A stretch of DNA of 63,844 bases, counting the filler, from Squatina squatina (taxonomy: Eukaryota): assembly GCA_031763465.1 (NCBI GenBank). It is 4 parts of 4 records of this genome, joined end to end, with 100 filler letters (N's around TTAATTAATTAA, not from the genome) between each part and the next. Parts side by side here need not be neighbours in the genome. Positions count along the whole stretch, not along the records: positions 16,100 to 34,483 come from JARFOE010000019.1; positions 34,584 to 51,272 come from JARFOE010000058.1; 2 more parts are not named here. One strand, written 5' to 3'. A program made the position numbers and the translations under genes. How positions within the stretch are numbered: the first letter of the stretch is position 1; the number at the start of each line of letters is the position of its first letter. This document shows, in pieces, positions 23,889-36,812 of this stretch. The notes below the pieces were generated by a model. The model was given only the letters and a program-made list of their open reading frames with translations, was not told the DNA's origin and made no database searches.

Positions 23889-24026
23889 ACCAAAAGCAAA
23901 ATGCTGCGGATATTGGAATCTAGAATATAAACAAAAAATGCAGGTAAAACTCAGCAGGTCAGGCAGCATCTGTGGAGAGAAAAGCAAAGTTAACATTTCG
24001 GGTCGATGACCCTTCATCAGAACTCT
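23889..24026 (-). mobile_element. Penelope-like element terminal repeat, copy 1
   Basis: aagcaaaatgctgcggat...ctcagcaggtcaggcagcatctgtggagagaaaagc...ttcatcagaactct; repeated 437 bp downstream. Confidence 0.8.
23986..24026 (-). ncRNA. Minimal type I hammerhead ribozyme motif
   Basis: Minus strand AGAGTT-CTGATGA-A-GGGTC(ATC)GACCC-GAAA-TGTT-AACTTT: both core boxes, 5-bp stem II, 6-bp stem I with one G-U, loop-less stem III. Confidence 0.72.
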
Positions 24027-24326
24027 CAGGGTGAATGTGTATGTTAATGGAGACAGTAACACTAGGGGTCAGTGTGTATGTTAATGGAGACAGTAACACT
24101 GGGGGTCAGAGTTTGTATTAATGGGCACAGTAACTCTCGGGGTCAGTGTTTGTTTTAATGGAGTCAGTAACTCTCGGGGTCAGTGTTTGTATTAATGCAG
24201 ACAATAACTCTCGATCATTGTGTGTGTTAATGGAGACAGTAACTCTCGGGGTCAGTGTGTGTATTGATGGAGACATTAACTCTCGGGGTCAGTGTTTGTA
24301 TTAATTAGACAGTAACTCTCAAGGTC
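24027..24326. repeat. Minisatellite, ~36-38-bp unit gggtcagtgtgtattaatggagacagtaactctc
   Basis: About 8 copies exactly between the two Penelope repeats. Confidence 0.9.
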
Positions 24327-24327
24327 A

Positions 24328-24402
24328 CAGAAGCAAAATACTGCGGATGCTGGAATCTAGAATACAAACAAAAAATGCTGGAAAAACTCAGCAGGTCAGG
24401 CA
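24328..24402 (-). mobile_element. Penelope-like terminal repeat, copy 2 (cut by gap)
   Basis: Direct repeat of 23891-23965 at offset 437. Confidence 0.8.
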
Positions 24403-25373
24403 NNNNNNNNNNNNNNNNNNNNNNNNNNNNNNNNNNNNNNNNNNNNNNNNNNNNNNNNNNNNNNNNNNNNNNNNNNNNNNNNNNNNNNNNNNNNNNNNNN
24501 NNTAATGACCTTTTAGCTCAACAATTTAATGGCATAATTTAAATGAAATGAAATGTATTTTCTACTTGATGGTTCCATATTGATAGTCAAGTCATAGGGT
24601 GAATGACTATATGGAGCATTTGCAGAGTTAATTACAATATGCTTTGTGTTACCTGCTCATGAGATTCTGGATGTCTCATCTGTATCGCCAAGTTTCTTTT
24701 CTTTTAATAAAAATGAGGGTACCGAACCTCCTGTATGTACCTCTTTTCAAAGTGCTCTACTTGTTAACAAACATGGAGTCAACCATCCAGAAATCTCTCT
24801 CCACTCGGACTGAGGTTCTTAAGTGGCGATCCGTGTCAAAAAATCAATCATGAATTGGGCTTCATTTTTTTTCTGAGAGAATGATGAGAAAGTCAGTTTG
24901 GAGCTTTATCTTTTAAAGGGGCACTACTGCCTGTTTAAACCAAGCTGTGCCTTGACGGCGTGACAGACTTAAGTTTACACTGAGGCTGCTGCGAAGCAGA
25001 CCTATTTCGGTGTTCTAGATATCAAGGGCTTTTTTTGAAGAGCTTTGAGAGCAGATTGTTGCTGTCATAAGAATTTTGCCTGCCCCCCAAAAAAAATACA
25101 CCAATGTAGCCACAGACGCCCTTTTCAAGAGGTAGTCGCCTTCGTTCATTCCTTGCTGATTGCGATATGCAATATTTACATCGTACAATGGCACAATTTT
25201 GCTCAGATCCATAAGCCAACAGAGGTGACTGGACAACCAGACGTGGAAGCCCAGCCTGATTCTTCCCCTCTCCCTATCCTAGAAAGATGAAAGCCAGTTG
25301 TACATTGAGTGCAGGAAAGCAGTGAAGGGCCCAACCTCCAAAAGTTGTAGATCTATGTAGTCACTGTAAAAGG

Positions 25374-25420
<47 letters not shown>

Positions 25421-25428
25421 ACACACAA
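25374..25428. repeat. (CA)n(TA)n microsatellite
   Basis: Visible. Confidence 0.9.
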
Positions 25429-25430
25429 AT

Positions 25431-25583
25431 ACGTCTCAGTCGCATCTGTTCTGATGATGCCACCTTCCAAAACAGCGCTTCCGACATGTATTCCTTTTTC
25501 CTCAAACGAGGATTCCCCTCTACCGTGGTGGACATGGCCCTCTACCGTAGTGGACATGGCCCTCGCCCATGTCCGGTCCATTT
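25431..25583 (+). mobile_element. Penelope ORF fragment
   Basis: RLSRICSDDATFQNSASDMYSFFLKRGFPSTVVDMAL, typical region between Penelope RT and GIY-YIG; internal 22-bp tandem duplication. Confidence 0.8.
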
Positions 25584-25683
25584 NNNNNNNNNNNNNNNNN
25601 NNNNNNNNNNNNNNNNNNNNNNNNNNNNNNNNNNNNNNNNNNNNNNNNNNNNNNNNNNNNNNNNNNNNNNNNNNNNNNNNNNN

Positions 25684-26072
25684 ACAAACTACAGACCCAA
25701 CAATGTGGCAAATTGTCCAGGTATGTGCCGTCGACAAAAAGCAGAACAAATCCAATCCAGCCAATTATTGCCCCCATTAGCCTACTCAATCATCAGCAAA
25801 GTGATGGAAGGTGTCATCAACAGTCATATCACGCAGCACTTACCGATAACCTGCTCACCGATGCTCAGTTTGGGTTCTGCCAGGACCATTTGGCTCCCAA
25901 CCTCACTATAGGCTTTGTCCAAACATGGACAAAAGAGCTGAATTCCAGAAATAAGGTTAGAGTGACTGCCCTTGAGAGCAAGGCAGCATTTGACCGAATG
26001 TGGCACCAAGGAGCCCTAGTAAAACTGAAGTCAATGGGGATCAGGGGGAAAAATGTCTAGTGGCTGGAGTCA
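25684..26072 (+). mobile_element. Non-LTR retrotransposon RT fragment (CR1-group), frameshifted
   Basis: KSNPANYCP.., LLTDAQFGF.., KAAFDRMWHQGALVKLKSMGIRG. Confidence 0.9.
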
Positions 26073-26076
26073 TGAA

Positions 26077-26283
26077 TTCTTCAGCGTAGTCAAGACCATC
26101 TATGGCCCAAGCACCCAAGGATCTACCTCTCAGAGTTAAGAATGGAGAGGCATCGTTAAGAACAGAGAGGCAGTCAGCACCCGCTGGAAGGAGCACTTTG
26201 AGGATCACCTCAACCAAGACTCAGTCTTCGACATGAGTGTCCTTGACTCCATCCCATAGCATGCTACCCACCACTATCTCAGC
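26077..26283 (+). mobile_element. RTE-clade LINE fragment
   Basis: FFSVVKTIYGPSTQG...RWKEHFEDHLNQDSVFD. Confidence 0.8.
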
Positions 26284-28629
26284 NNNNNNNNNNNNNNNNN
26301 NNNNNNNNNNNNNNNNNNNNNNNNNNNNNNNNNNNNNNNNNNNNNNNNNNNNNNNNNNNNNNNNNNNNNNNNNNNNNNNNNNNTGGAGGCGGCATTGGTG
26401 ATACTTCTCCAGTGCTTTGTTGCTGCAATGTCGACATAACCACAAACAGGGCTGTGACTTACATTGAAAGCACAAGCCTTACATTTGCCGTTTCCTTTGA
26501 GGTGGTGTGTGTAAGATAATCCAGATGAAGTCGCAGAGGCCTGTGTCTTTGGGATGACTTTTCTCAAAGCTCTGGAAAAGAGGGAGTCTTGTTAAAATGG
26601 AGAAAGGGATCCAGGCAATACAATTGAGATGGTTTTTGTAAAGGAATGCCAGGAAAATGGATTAAAATCCATGTCAGCTTTACATGCTGATGTGCAGCAG
26701 AGTCAGGAAATGACAGCTCTTGCAGTTAATGAAGTCCAGAAGCTAAAAGATTAGGAATTTCTTTCATCCCAACTTAGCTTTTAAACAACTGAGGAGCAAT
26801 TCCCTCCAGTTTGTTTGCTAGTAAAATGTGCCTGCCCGAGGTTCAGAGTAAGTTCAAGGATTCCTTTGTAGCTGACTAGATGCTGATCTACCCTCTTAGT
26901 TCCACACCAGTGACGGATTTGTCTTTATTATTGGAGGTCAAACAGGGACTTAACCAACAAGTTGATGTGCCTGCAAACCTAACTGGGGGTAGGAATGACA
27001 AACGCGAGCACCATCAGAAGCCCATTGTTACACAATGAGTGCTGTATACTGATGCTCTTCATTTGCAACACAGCTTTCTCGAGTGACATTCCAAGCAAGT
27101 ACTGCCGCACAATGTTCTTTTTGTTCTGGAGAATGGCACTCCTTACTTTTGCTATCATTAGCCAACATTCCACTTGTATTACCTATATGTCTCAGTCAAA
27201 CACCAATGTAATAGGTGGAAGCAACATCAAATAGGCTGCAGTCAAACTCTGAGACACTCCTGTACGGAGGTTACAGGGATACAGACTTGAAGTTGAACAC
27301 AACATGATACCATGATACTTTTCGCTGACTCGATCTACACAAACCATTGAACTACTTTCAATGTTGATATCGTCTTGTCTTTTTCTCGTTGAGACAAGTT
27401 TCCTTTTCAACGTCGGAGTCTGACACCGTTGCTGTAATACGAAGGGGTGGGGCTGATTCATTGACAGCGAGGGAAAGCACCCACAAGTAAACGTGGCAAC
27501 ACAAAAAGAACAGCAGCAAAATAGAACAGGGAACTAATGAGATGGCGCTCAAAGATTTCCTCTGTGTGCTGGGCGCAGCAAAATCGTAAACCAGTTCTTT
27601 ATAAACAGCTCGAGGAACAGCACCCCATCTTTCGATTAGGCACTTTACAGCCTTCTGGACTTAACATTGAGTTCAACAATTTCAGAGCATAACCTCTNNN
27701 NNNNNNNNNNNNNNNNNNNNNNNNNNNNNNNNNNNNNNNNNNNNNNNNNNNNNNNNNNNNNNNNNNNNNNNNNNNNNNNNNNNNNNNNNNNNNNNNNAAT
27801 CATGTCTGCATGAATGGATCTTATACCTTCCCTCAGTATGAGGCCAGACTTCTCCTGTCTTGCATTCAGGGCACCTTGCTGTGCCAGAAATATTTTACCA
27901 CTGATTTATCTCTATTGTTCATTATTATGATCTCAGAGAAAGCTCCTACTTTCAGGGGTGGGGCAATGTTAGTAAGGATGAAGAAAACAAGATTACGATC
28001 TCTCAGGAGTATGACAGAAGCCAACACTCATTTAGATCTTATTATTTTTCCCTGGATCACACTGCGAATGGTAATTTTACTGCATACTGTGATCTACTGA
28101 CAGTAATGTAATACTTCTGGTAATTACAGCATATCCGCATTTTCCGCACTCCCAACTTGAATTAATTAGTGCACATCGACTAAAACATCAATTAAACCAA
28201 TTATTAGGGAGTGGACGGGACGAAAATCAGCCAGATGGTATTTTTCTGTTTCTTCAAGAGCACGTTAGACTTGTGCGAGCCTAGAAATTCCATCATGTTG
28301 TGCCTGTTTTACAGGCATAAAATGGGCACCTAAGAGTCCACTATGGCAGGCCCTGCCCATTCTACACCATAAGTGTCCACTGCAAGCACCCGAATCATTT
28401 AAAAACCTCATTATCATATTTAAATATGTGTCCTACCTTTTTGTGAAATTAATCGGCCCCAATGTCCAACTCGCCACGTGAATAAAACTTGTTAAGCAAC
28501 TCGTGGCGGTAGGACCCTTCAGCACCGCTACTGAAGGGGCTCATCTACTATAGGCAGCCCAGTTGCTGGTTTGTCCTTTTAGGCTGCTGGTAAGCTTCTG
28601 GGTGTTTTTTGGCCTATTTATGTCTATTT

Positions 28630-28767
28630 ATTAATTCACAGGATGTGGGCATCGCTGGCAAGGCCGGCATTTATTGCCCATCCCTAGTTGTCCTTGAGAA
28701 GGTGGTGATGAGCCGCCTCCTGAACCGCTGCAGTCCGTGTGGTGAAGGTGCTCCCATAGTGCTGTTA
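28630..28767 (-). mobile_element. LINE 3' end (abundant shark family)
   Basis: ggatgtgggcatcgctggcaaggccggcatttattgcccatccc; also at 9924-9965. Confidence 0.75.
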
Positions 28768-30884
28768 NNNNNNNNNNNNNNNNNNNNNNNNNNNNNNNNN
28801 NNNNNNNNNNNNNNNNNNNNNNNNNNNNNNNNNNNNNNNNNNNNNNNNNNNNNNNNNNNNNNNNNNNATGGCTGTGCTTCCTTTCGCCACTGCTGGCAGG
28901 CTTCCTCTGTGCATTATTTGTAATGAGCTAATCAGCCTGGTTATAAAGAACAAACAGATAATTTGTCACAGAGCTAACAGGAAAAGGTTTCCTCCATTAT
29001 AACTTTCAACACTTGAACGCTGCCTACTTAATAAAAGAGGCTGAAAACAGGTTAACCCTCTTGCTGCATTGCCACAGTACGATCCTTAACTTTTGAGGTG
29101 GTGGAAAGAAATGTGCAGCCATTAATGTCTCAACCTACAAGAGGCAGATCCCTCCTTTAACCATGTCTTATATCCAAGTATTTTTTTTTACACATCGTTC
29201 TTGAAAGCTTGAACCTCTCAAAAGTAAAGTGCAATGACTGTAAGTTAAATTGGAGAAAATCCCCAAATCATTTCCTTAATGAACTGTGTTCACAAAATAA
29301 GTTGCAGAACATTGGCATTGCCGTGTTTTGACATCATGATGAAATGTCGCTGGGGGATTTAAAGGATTGAATCTGTATGACTCTGAATATGAGGTGCCTC
29401 CAATATCTCTTTGTACTCTCCTCGAACAAAGCATTGGTGTGTCGGTAATCTCACTGGGATTGACTACATTGATCTCNNNNNNNNNNNNNNNNNNNNNNNN
29501 NNNNNNNNNNNNNNNNNNNNNNNNNNNNNNNNNNNNNNNNNNNNNNNNNNNNNNNNNNNNNNNNNNNNNNNNNNNNATTGATCTCGGCTGTTATGAAGTT
29601 GCAAAGGATATAGTCAGCAACATAAATCTGCTGTATAGATTCAAACTAATCTTTGAGAAATACAAGCAATCAGGCATAGGGGCAGTGTGTTTTGAAATAT
29701 ATATGAACAGGATAGTGCTATAATGATTTGTCTGCCCATTGATTAATTGATCTGCGAGGCGACGGCAAGGAAAGAAATTGATAACCTTAGACGCAGGCTG
29801 GGTTTACCATGAGATCTAATCGAATAGTTCAACAGAGGCTACATTAGTGAGGTATTCGCCCATCGTTCCCCAAACATGAACCTTGTACTGACAGAAACAA
29901 GTTGAGAGTTGAAGTGACAAGGCCGCTGAGGGTGATAAGAAAAAGAAGCCCGTACACCCACCTCCTGCAGGAATACAATTTATTGGGAGCATGACAGGTC
30001 TACAATAAAGTAAACAGCCATTAACAGTGCCAATCTGGGCTATAAATGAGTATCTGACACCCGAGCAAACTCGGGCAGCTCCCTTTCCTTTATAATGAAT
30101 GGTGGCAGTGGGCAGGGGACACTTCCATTAAACATCCCCTGTTGCTTAAACAGCCTGACATCCCCCTTTGGAATACAAGTGGCACTTTGGTGTCCCTGTC
30201 AATGTCTTAGTTGAATAGAATATAAGGCACTTGCAGCACTGCAGCAGTTACAGTGGAACTCCATAGTTCACATCTGACCTAGCAAGGTCAGCAGAAAATG
30301 CTTCAGAAGTGGGAGAACAAATCACTGAGCTGGTAGAAATGATTCATTCTGCGGAATGAAGTGTTCAGAGAATCTGCTATTAACCTTCATGTTCTTTAAC
30401 AAGCATTCTTCAGCCATTCCATCGAGCCTTGACAATGGCATGACTTCTGGACTCCTTCACAAAATAATCATGAGTGTGACCTTGGGCAAGCCCAGCCTCG
30501 CCGGAGGAAAGAACAAGCTGTCGACCATGTGGCTCAAAATGCCCCACCTGAGCACAAGTGGCATTCGGGTCTTAGGTCACCTCCGCAATATCGCGTTTGT
30601 GTCAGCAACAACAACAACTTGCATTTATATAGCGTCTTTAGCTCAGNNNNNNNNNNNNNNNNNNNNNNNNNNNNNNNNNNNNNNNNNNNNNNNNNNNNNN
30701 NNNNNNNNNNNNNNNNNNNNNNNNNNNNNNNNNNNNNNNNNNNNNNATTTTGAGGTAAGCGTCGGGACACCGGGCGACTTCCTCGAAACCGGGTCTGCCC
30801 TGGCAAAACCGGGTTGTCTGCTCACCCCCGGCACTGTTGTAACATGGGAAGCACGGCAACCAATTACACACCAAGTGCTGGAAA

Positions 30885-30975
30885 GTGGGACCAGGTGGAA
30901 TAGCCCTTTTTGTGGCTTGCACAGACACGATGGGCCGAATGGCCTGCTTCGGTGCGGTAAATTTCTATGATTCTG
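30885..30975 (+). mobile_element. CR1 LINE 3' tail
   Basis: Near-identical to 46310-46400. Confidence 0.8.
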
Positions 30976-31660
30976 TGATTACCAGAGTCGGTTTCTCACT
31001 TGGAGTCGATCACTTGAGTTATCAAACTGGGCTCTGCCCTATTCTGTGTTTCCTGGCACGGCCCGCGCTTCTGTGAGTGACAGGGTTTCTGTCGAGGTTA
31101 CATTGCTGTTTGATTTCTGATCAACAGCCCAAATAAAAATCAACAAAATCCCGACTGATTCTTCTGCCCCTCCGTGTTCATATCTCGCGAACAAAATTGT
31201 TGCTTATTTTCATAGTCTCCCGACAGTTTAATGAAATTGTTAACAAGCGTTTGAAACAATAAAACAGGCAGGCAATTGTTAGTGCTCATCAGCACTTTGT
31301 TTCAATCCTGGCAAGGCTGCCAATTTATTCTTTTCTTTAGCGTACTTGATTTGCAGTAATTACAACACAGAGATAAGCAGATGAATTCCTTAATGAAATT
31401 CTCTCATCTGTAACCTTTCGTGGGAAAGGAACACAGAAGATGCTGTTGATCGTGAAGTTGATTAATGGGGTAAATGGATACAGTATGTAATTTGATAAAT
31501 ATTTGTAAAGAATGTTAATAGATTCTTTAAGTTGACACTTGAATCAATAGATTCCAGCAATTAGCCTTTGAAGCACGCACTCCATTCTGCAGCAGGCAGC
31601 GTGGGTGCACCAAGGCTTCGCTGGTGAACTCTCTTCAGTGCTCAACACTGCAGTGTGCCG

Positions 31661-31768
31661 GATAGTGAGACTCTGTGTACACAATAGTGAGACACTGTGT
31701 ACAGGATAGTGAGACACTGTGTAAACAATAGTGAGACACTGTGTACACAATAGTGAGACACTGTGTAC
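31661..31768. repeat. Minisatellite, 22-bp unit atagtgagacactgtgtacaca
   Basis: About 5 copies running into a gap. Confidence 0.9.
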
Positions 31769-32924
31769 NNNNNNNNNNNNNNNNNNNNNNNNNNNNNNNN
31801 NNNNNNNNNNNNNNNNNNNNNNNNNNNNNNNNNNNNNNNNNNNNNNNNNNNNNNNNNNNNNNNNNNNNCCAAATATAAGTCTATATTGCTGACATTTGGT
31901 TGACTGCAGCATTCCAAAGGCACCCAAAACAAAGCTGCCATCTTCAGTGTTTAGTCCCAGATGTCTTGACAGCTTGCAAGGGGAACTGATACACCGAGCC
32001 ACTGGATTTGCTGGCAAGGAGAGAACGGCGAGCAACTCAAGACAGCCGAGCTGAATAGGGGATGTTGAGCTTTCTGTGTGAGACTGTGTGTTTTAAGTTG
32101 CGGAGCACGTGACACGACCGGTTACAGCGCGAGTGTGTTTTGTTTCTCCCCTTGTGATATGTCGCACCGAGCGCAGAGGGATTGAGACAGTGCAGTCACA
32201 TCGCAACAATGCTGACTCTCCATCACCGCGGGGATACTTGCGTTTAGCTTTCACTGCTAATGAGGACACAACAAGAATGTGACTAATAAAACTACAAACT
32301 CCAAGTAACTGTAATATTAACAATATAGTTTGAAAATAAACATGATTAAGTAAAAAATAATAATTGTGTTCCATTTCTTCAATTTCCCACATTTAAAAAA
32401 TTATTTTAACCTTAATATTTTTTTAAACTATTCTTCTTACCCATTTATTCCAATCTTAACTTAAAAATAGTATCTCTTTTCTTTTCTGGATCGCAACATT
32501 CATTTTGGAGTTGGAGAAACTTCTAAAATGCTGGACCAGAATTTACTAGTGACAATATTTGCAGACAAGTATATGATATTCCTCTGCTAAATTGGCAGGC
32601 AAAGAAATATCATAAAAATATCAAGTGTACATCCACTACTATCCATGAAAAATTTTGGATTATTTTCTTTAAAACTGGCTTTCAGGCTCGTGAGATTGAG
32701 TTTGCGGTCTCATAAACATAACTAGGTGACATACTTTACCATAACAGAAGGGACTCTGCTGGATCATTACACTCATTGGCGGCCCCTTGGTGCCCAATAG
32801 AATGCAGAAGTGCAACATAACGGTTAAGACTGGGGATAAATATTAGAAGTGCTGGATCCCTATGTCTGCTGATAAGAGTGCTACATTTCCATTAATATCC
32901 TTATCCTGACTTCCAGGGTTAAGG

Positions 32925-33071
32925 TCCAAAACAGTTCTGCTTCTGGCTGGCCTCCCACATTCTACCCTATGTAAACTAGAGGTGATCCAAAACTTGGCTG
33001 CCCTTGTCCTAACACGCACCAAGTCCCACTTACCCATCACCCCTGTGCTTGCTGACCTACACTGGTTCCCA
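32925..33071 (+). mobile_element. L2 LINE RT fragment
   Basis: LLAGLPHSTLCKLEVIQNLAALVLTRTKSHLPITPVLADLHWFP. Confidence 0.88.
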
Positions 33072-34354
33072 NNNNNNNNNNNNNNNNNNNNNNNNNNNNN
33101 NNNNNNNNNNNNNNNNNNNNNNNNNNNNNNNNNNNNNNNNNNNNNNNNNNNNNNNNNNNNNNNNNNNNNNNTTTATTTTCCTAGAATGAGGCCTGGGTTT
33201 CTGCTTTATATAATAATGATACTTCAAAACTGCAATAATTACCGGAGGTAATGAGAGCGAGCCTTGTTCTTCAAATTGCAATATCGTCTTATTAAAAAGA
33301 ATAGAGCGGTCATTTACGACTTCTCATGGCACACAACTCTATTCTTTGGGAACAATGTAATAAATAGCCTGTTTATATGGATTTTTCATTATCCCCTTTG
33401 TATTTTTTAATTACGTGCTTGCAGATTACATTCAGCGCCATGTCAGTGGGGCCTGGGTTTACACAATCACCACAGGCTAAATACAAAGCAACCACAAACA
33501 GCAGATAGTAAAATGTCAACAGCAAGATTTAATTAAAACTCAGAAAACATTTGGCATTCGGTGTTGGAGGAGGAGTCTGCGCACAGAGACAGCGAGCACT
33601 CACGTTCAGCCGTCGAGGCTGCACCATATTCTATCTGTTGCAATTTAATGGATGAGGGGGTTCCAGATTTATTACTGCCTTTTATTTGTAACGCCATGCG
33701 GCGCCTGTGATTCAGAGCACTGATGTACATAGAACTATTTTTTTTTGANNNNNNNNNNNNNNNCTTCTGCTCGCCAAATTTGGGTGCAATTGCCAACTTA
33801 ATAATGATATTTGTTAAGGTAAGATTTAATCGGGGGCCTTGGCAAAAAGCAAAACTGACTGAGTTGAAGAGAACGGCATTTTGTTGGAGATAAATCTTCC
33901 AGCGAGGGCAATTGTCTAAAAATTACTCAGGTGAAACCTGCTGATTGCCATCCTATAATTTGCCAAATATAATTATGCAATCAAGAGTTTTTTCAGGGGC
34001 AGAGCTGCATTCCTATATTGTGTAAGTGGCTTCAGCAGGTGTGCTTTGGAATGCAACAGTTTCTTCACTGTGTTCATTGATGGGCTGACAGGAGCAGCCG
34101 TTTTCACTGAATCCACCGTCAGTGTGCAACAAGTGAGGGCCAAGCTGCCTCACAGTGCTTAAAGCACGCCACTAGATCTCCTGTGGCGCTGCTCATTGTA
34201 AGGCGGTCAACCGGAGTTTAATTGCTGTTTGGTTCAGGAGGTTTGCAACTTGGGGGATGCTTGTAAATTTCCAGACTCCAAAAAGAGCATGAAGTGACAA
34301 TTAGCACTTCATACCACGCACCCCCCTCCCCACCCCACAGGCTCACTGACCTTC

Positions 34355-34483
34355 ATTGTTGCCGGTTAGGCCATGTCTCGATATTAAAGTTCTCATCCTT
34401 GATTTCAAATCCCTACATGGCCTCCTCGCTCCCCTCCCTATCTCTGTAACCTCCTCCAGCCCCACAACTCCCCAAGAACTCTA
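34355..34483 (+). mobile_element. L2 LINE fragment
   Basis: KVLILDFKSLHGL...YLCNLLQPH-like. Confidence 0.65.
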
Positions 34484-34583
34484 NNNNNNNNNNNNNNNNN
34501 NNNNNNNNNNNNNNNNNNNNNNNNNNNTTAATTAATTAANNNNNNNNNNNNNNNNNNNNNNNNNNNNNNNNNNNNNNNNNNNN
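34484..34583. other. Artificial scaffold linker
   Basis: TTAATTAATTAA at 34528-34539 with 44 N each side. Confidence 0.95.
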
Positions 34584-35779
34584 TCCATGGCTTGTATGAG
34601 CTTAAACAGCTGGAAGACTATTCTAGTTTTCTTGTGCACAACAGATGGAGTTTCACTGTATCTAAGCTTTGTATAAGGGGTTGTATGAGATGGGAAACAA
34701 CTTATTGAAAAAAAAAATTCTGATTTTAACAGTGAAAAGGAACTCTCCAGCATAACTACCCGCAAAAGTTAAGATTAATCAGTTTTTCTAGCAATTCATT
34801 CCTAATGTTGCACCATTAAACTAGATCCCTGTGACTTATTAGTTTTTTGTCAAATTTACATGCATGAATTATAAAATATGATCAAATAACCTCAATGTCT
34901 TATATTTCATACACAAAAACTTAGCATTTTCTTTGAAGCTGTAACTCATTGAGATTTGGTGGGACTATTTTAATACTTGTTCTATATATAAATTGATTAG
35001 CATTTTGCTTTGCTATACCAAATATTGCAAATATAACAAGTGAAATCTAATTTGATACTGGTGTCCTTAATTATTAGTCAGATTTTTGCACAAAGAAATT
35101 GTGTTTTTTGTGTTTATTGTGATGAGGGATGTTAGTACTGGGAAAATGGAACTTTCTTCCTATTTCAGGCATCCAGTATCAGGAACAGGCATTCTTAAGT
35201 CAGGTATAGTATGGATAGATGCAGAATTAAGCTCTTGGTACTCTCGCCCAGCAATGTGTCTCAGCCACAACCTGGGGCAAGCATCCCGTTACTGCACCAG
35301 TGACATTTTCCCATTCCTGTCACCCTGTGAGTTCTGACATTACCGATTGATGCTGAATTAGTGCTAGATTTTGCCTGTACTTGCAGAACTGGATTGAGAC
35401 CAGGCAAACTTTTTGTGTATGATTCTTACAGCTCTCAGACAGATGTTAAAGTTGTCCTTGTGTTAGTCTTTTAAACTTACCATAAAAATATCTTTGATCA
35501 TCTTGTTCAGGAAACCATATTGAAGAGACGGCTTCCTTTTTGTCTTAGATTGGTTTTTATTGTGTTCTTAAACCTGTATAGTACTCAAAACATTTTAAAT
35601 GTTTTAGAAAATTGGGGCAGCCATTTTTTCCCATTACTCTACATAATTAAAATATGTAGAATTATCAAACTTTGGGGGTGGTGGTTCTAAATGGATTCTA
35701 AAGTAAAGTGCATGAAAAAGTTCTAAGCCTATGGAAAGACACTTTCTGCATTTGAACATGATGCTTACCTTGTATTAAA

Positions 35780-35965
35780 CAGGAAATATAAGGTCTGTCA
35801 GCAACTGAAAAGACATAGGGTGAGGATTTTGCACGAGTCCTGGCAAGAGTTTCAACCCAAATTGTTAATCCATCTTTGCTCTTTCAGATGCTGACTGACC
35901 TATGCCTTTCTAACATTTACTGTGTTCACTTGAGATTGCCAGCATTTGCAAATTTTCTCCTTTTT
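35780..35965. mobile_element. Degenerate Penelope terminal repeat
   Basis: gttaatccatctttgctctttcagatgctgactgacc...ccagcatttgca resembles the reverse complement of 23889-23995. Confidence 0.5.
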
Positions 35966-36520
35966 GATACTAGCCTTACTTGCACACTTGGATGTAATTT
36001 CATACTGATGCATGCTTTCCGTTGTGCACGATATGTGTGTGTGTTCAACGGCAACAAAGACCCTAGTGGTGTCTCTTGTGTGTAATAAATGTACTGAGGT
36101 GCCTTAAGTAATGATGTTTGGGGTTAGTCACATCAATCAAACTGTTACTGTTGTCATCTTGGCCAACATTGAATACTGCTGGCTGTCTCTTGTGCTGCTT
36201 GCATATATAATATGTTCTATGGTAACTAAACACTGTGGCCAATGTAGCCATGTCCATTCAAATGAGGCAATGTATTTGTTGGTGTAGTGTGACCTGTTGT
36301 AAATATATATTGTACTGTACATAACTGGCCTCTGTAGAGCGTGGAAAATGCCTATTTTTGTGTTGTAAATTGTTTGCAGGTCTTCAATATCCAGCTGTTG
36401 TACTCCAAATATTTATGGCCNNNNNNNNNNNNNNNNNNNNNNNNNNNNNNNNNNNNNNNNNNNNNNNNNNNNNNNNNNNNNNNNNNNNNNNNNNNNNNNN
36501 NNNNNNNNNNNNNNNNNNNN

Positions 36521-36812
36521 TCCACTGGTAGAAGAGTCGGTAACCAGAGCAAAAGGTTTTAAGATAATTGACAAAAGAATCGGGGGGAGATGAGGAGATA
36601 TTTTTATGCAGTAAGTTATTATGATCTGGAATGCATCACCTGAAGGAAGGTGGAAGCAAATTCAGTGATAAATTTCATGAAGGGAATTGAATAAATACTT
36701 GAAAAAGAAAATCTTTTCAGAGCTATGGGAAAAGAATGGGACTAATTGGATAGCTCTTTCAAAGATGCAGCATGATGGGGCAAATTGGCTCCTTCTGTGC
36801 TTTATAATTCTA
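36521..36812 (+). mobile_element. Decayed CR1 LINE 3' end
   Basis: Homologous to 46090-46405. Confidence 0.75.

Noticed and set aside
24651-24705. Possible small minus-strand exon (KRNLAIQMRHPESHEQ|gtaac)
   Set aside because: Weak acceptor, no recognisable homology
27358-27552. Minus ORF with hydrophobic start and cadherin-like PPLRITATV
   Set aside because: Non-ATG start, no splice support, other cadherin motifs missing
34611-34660. TGGAAGACTA match to the 5' end of miR-7
   Set aside because: Only 10 nt match; no convincing precursor hairpin
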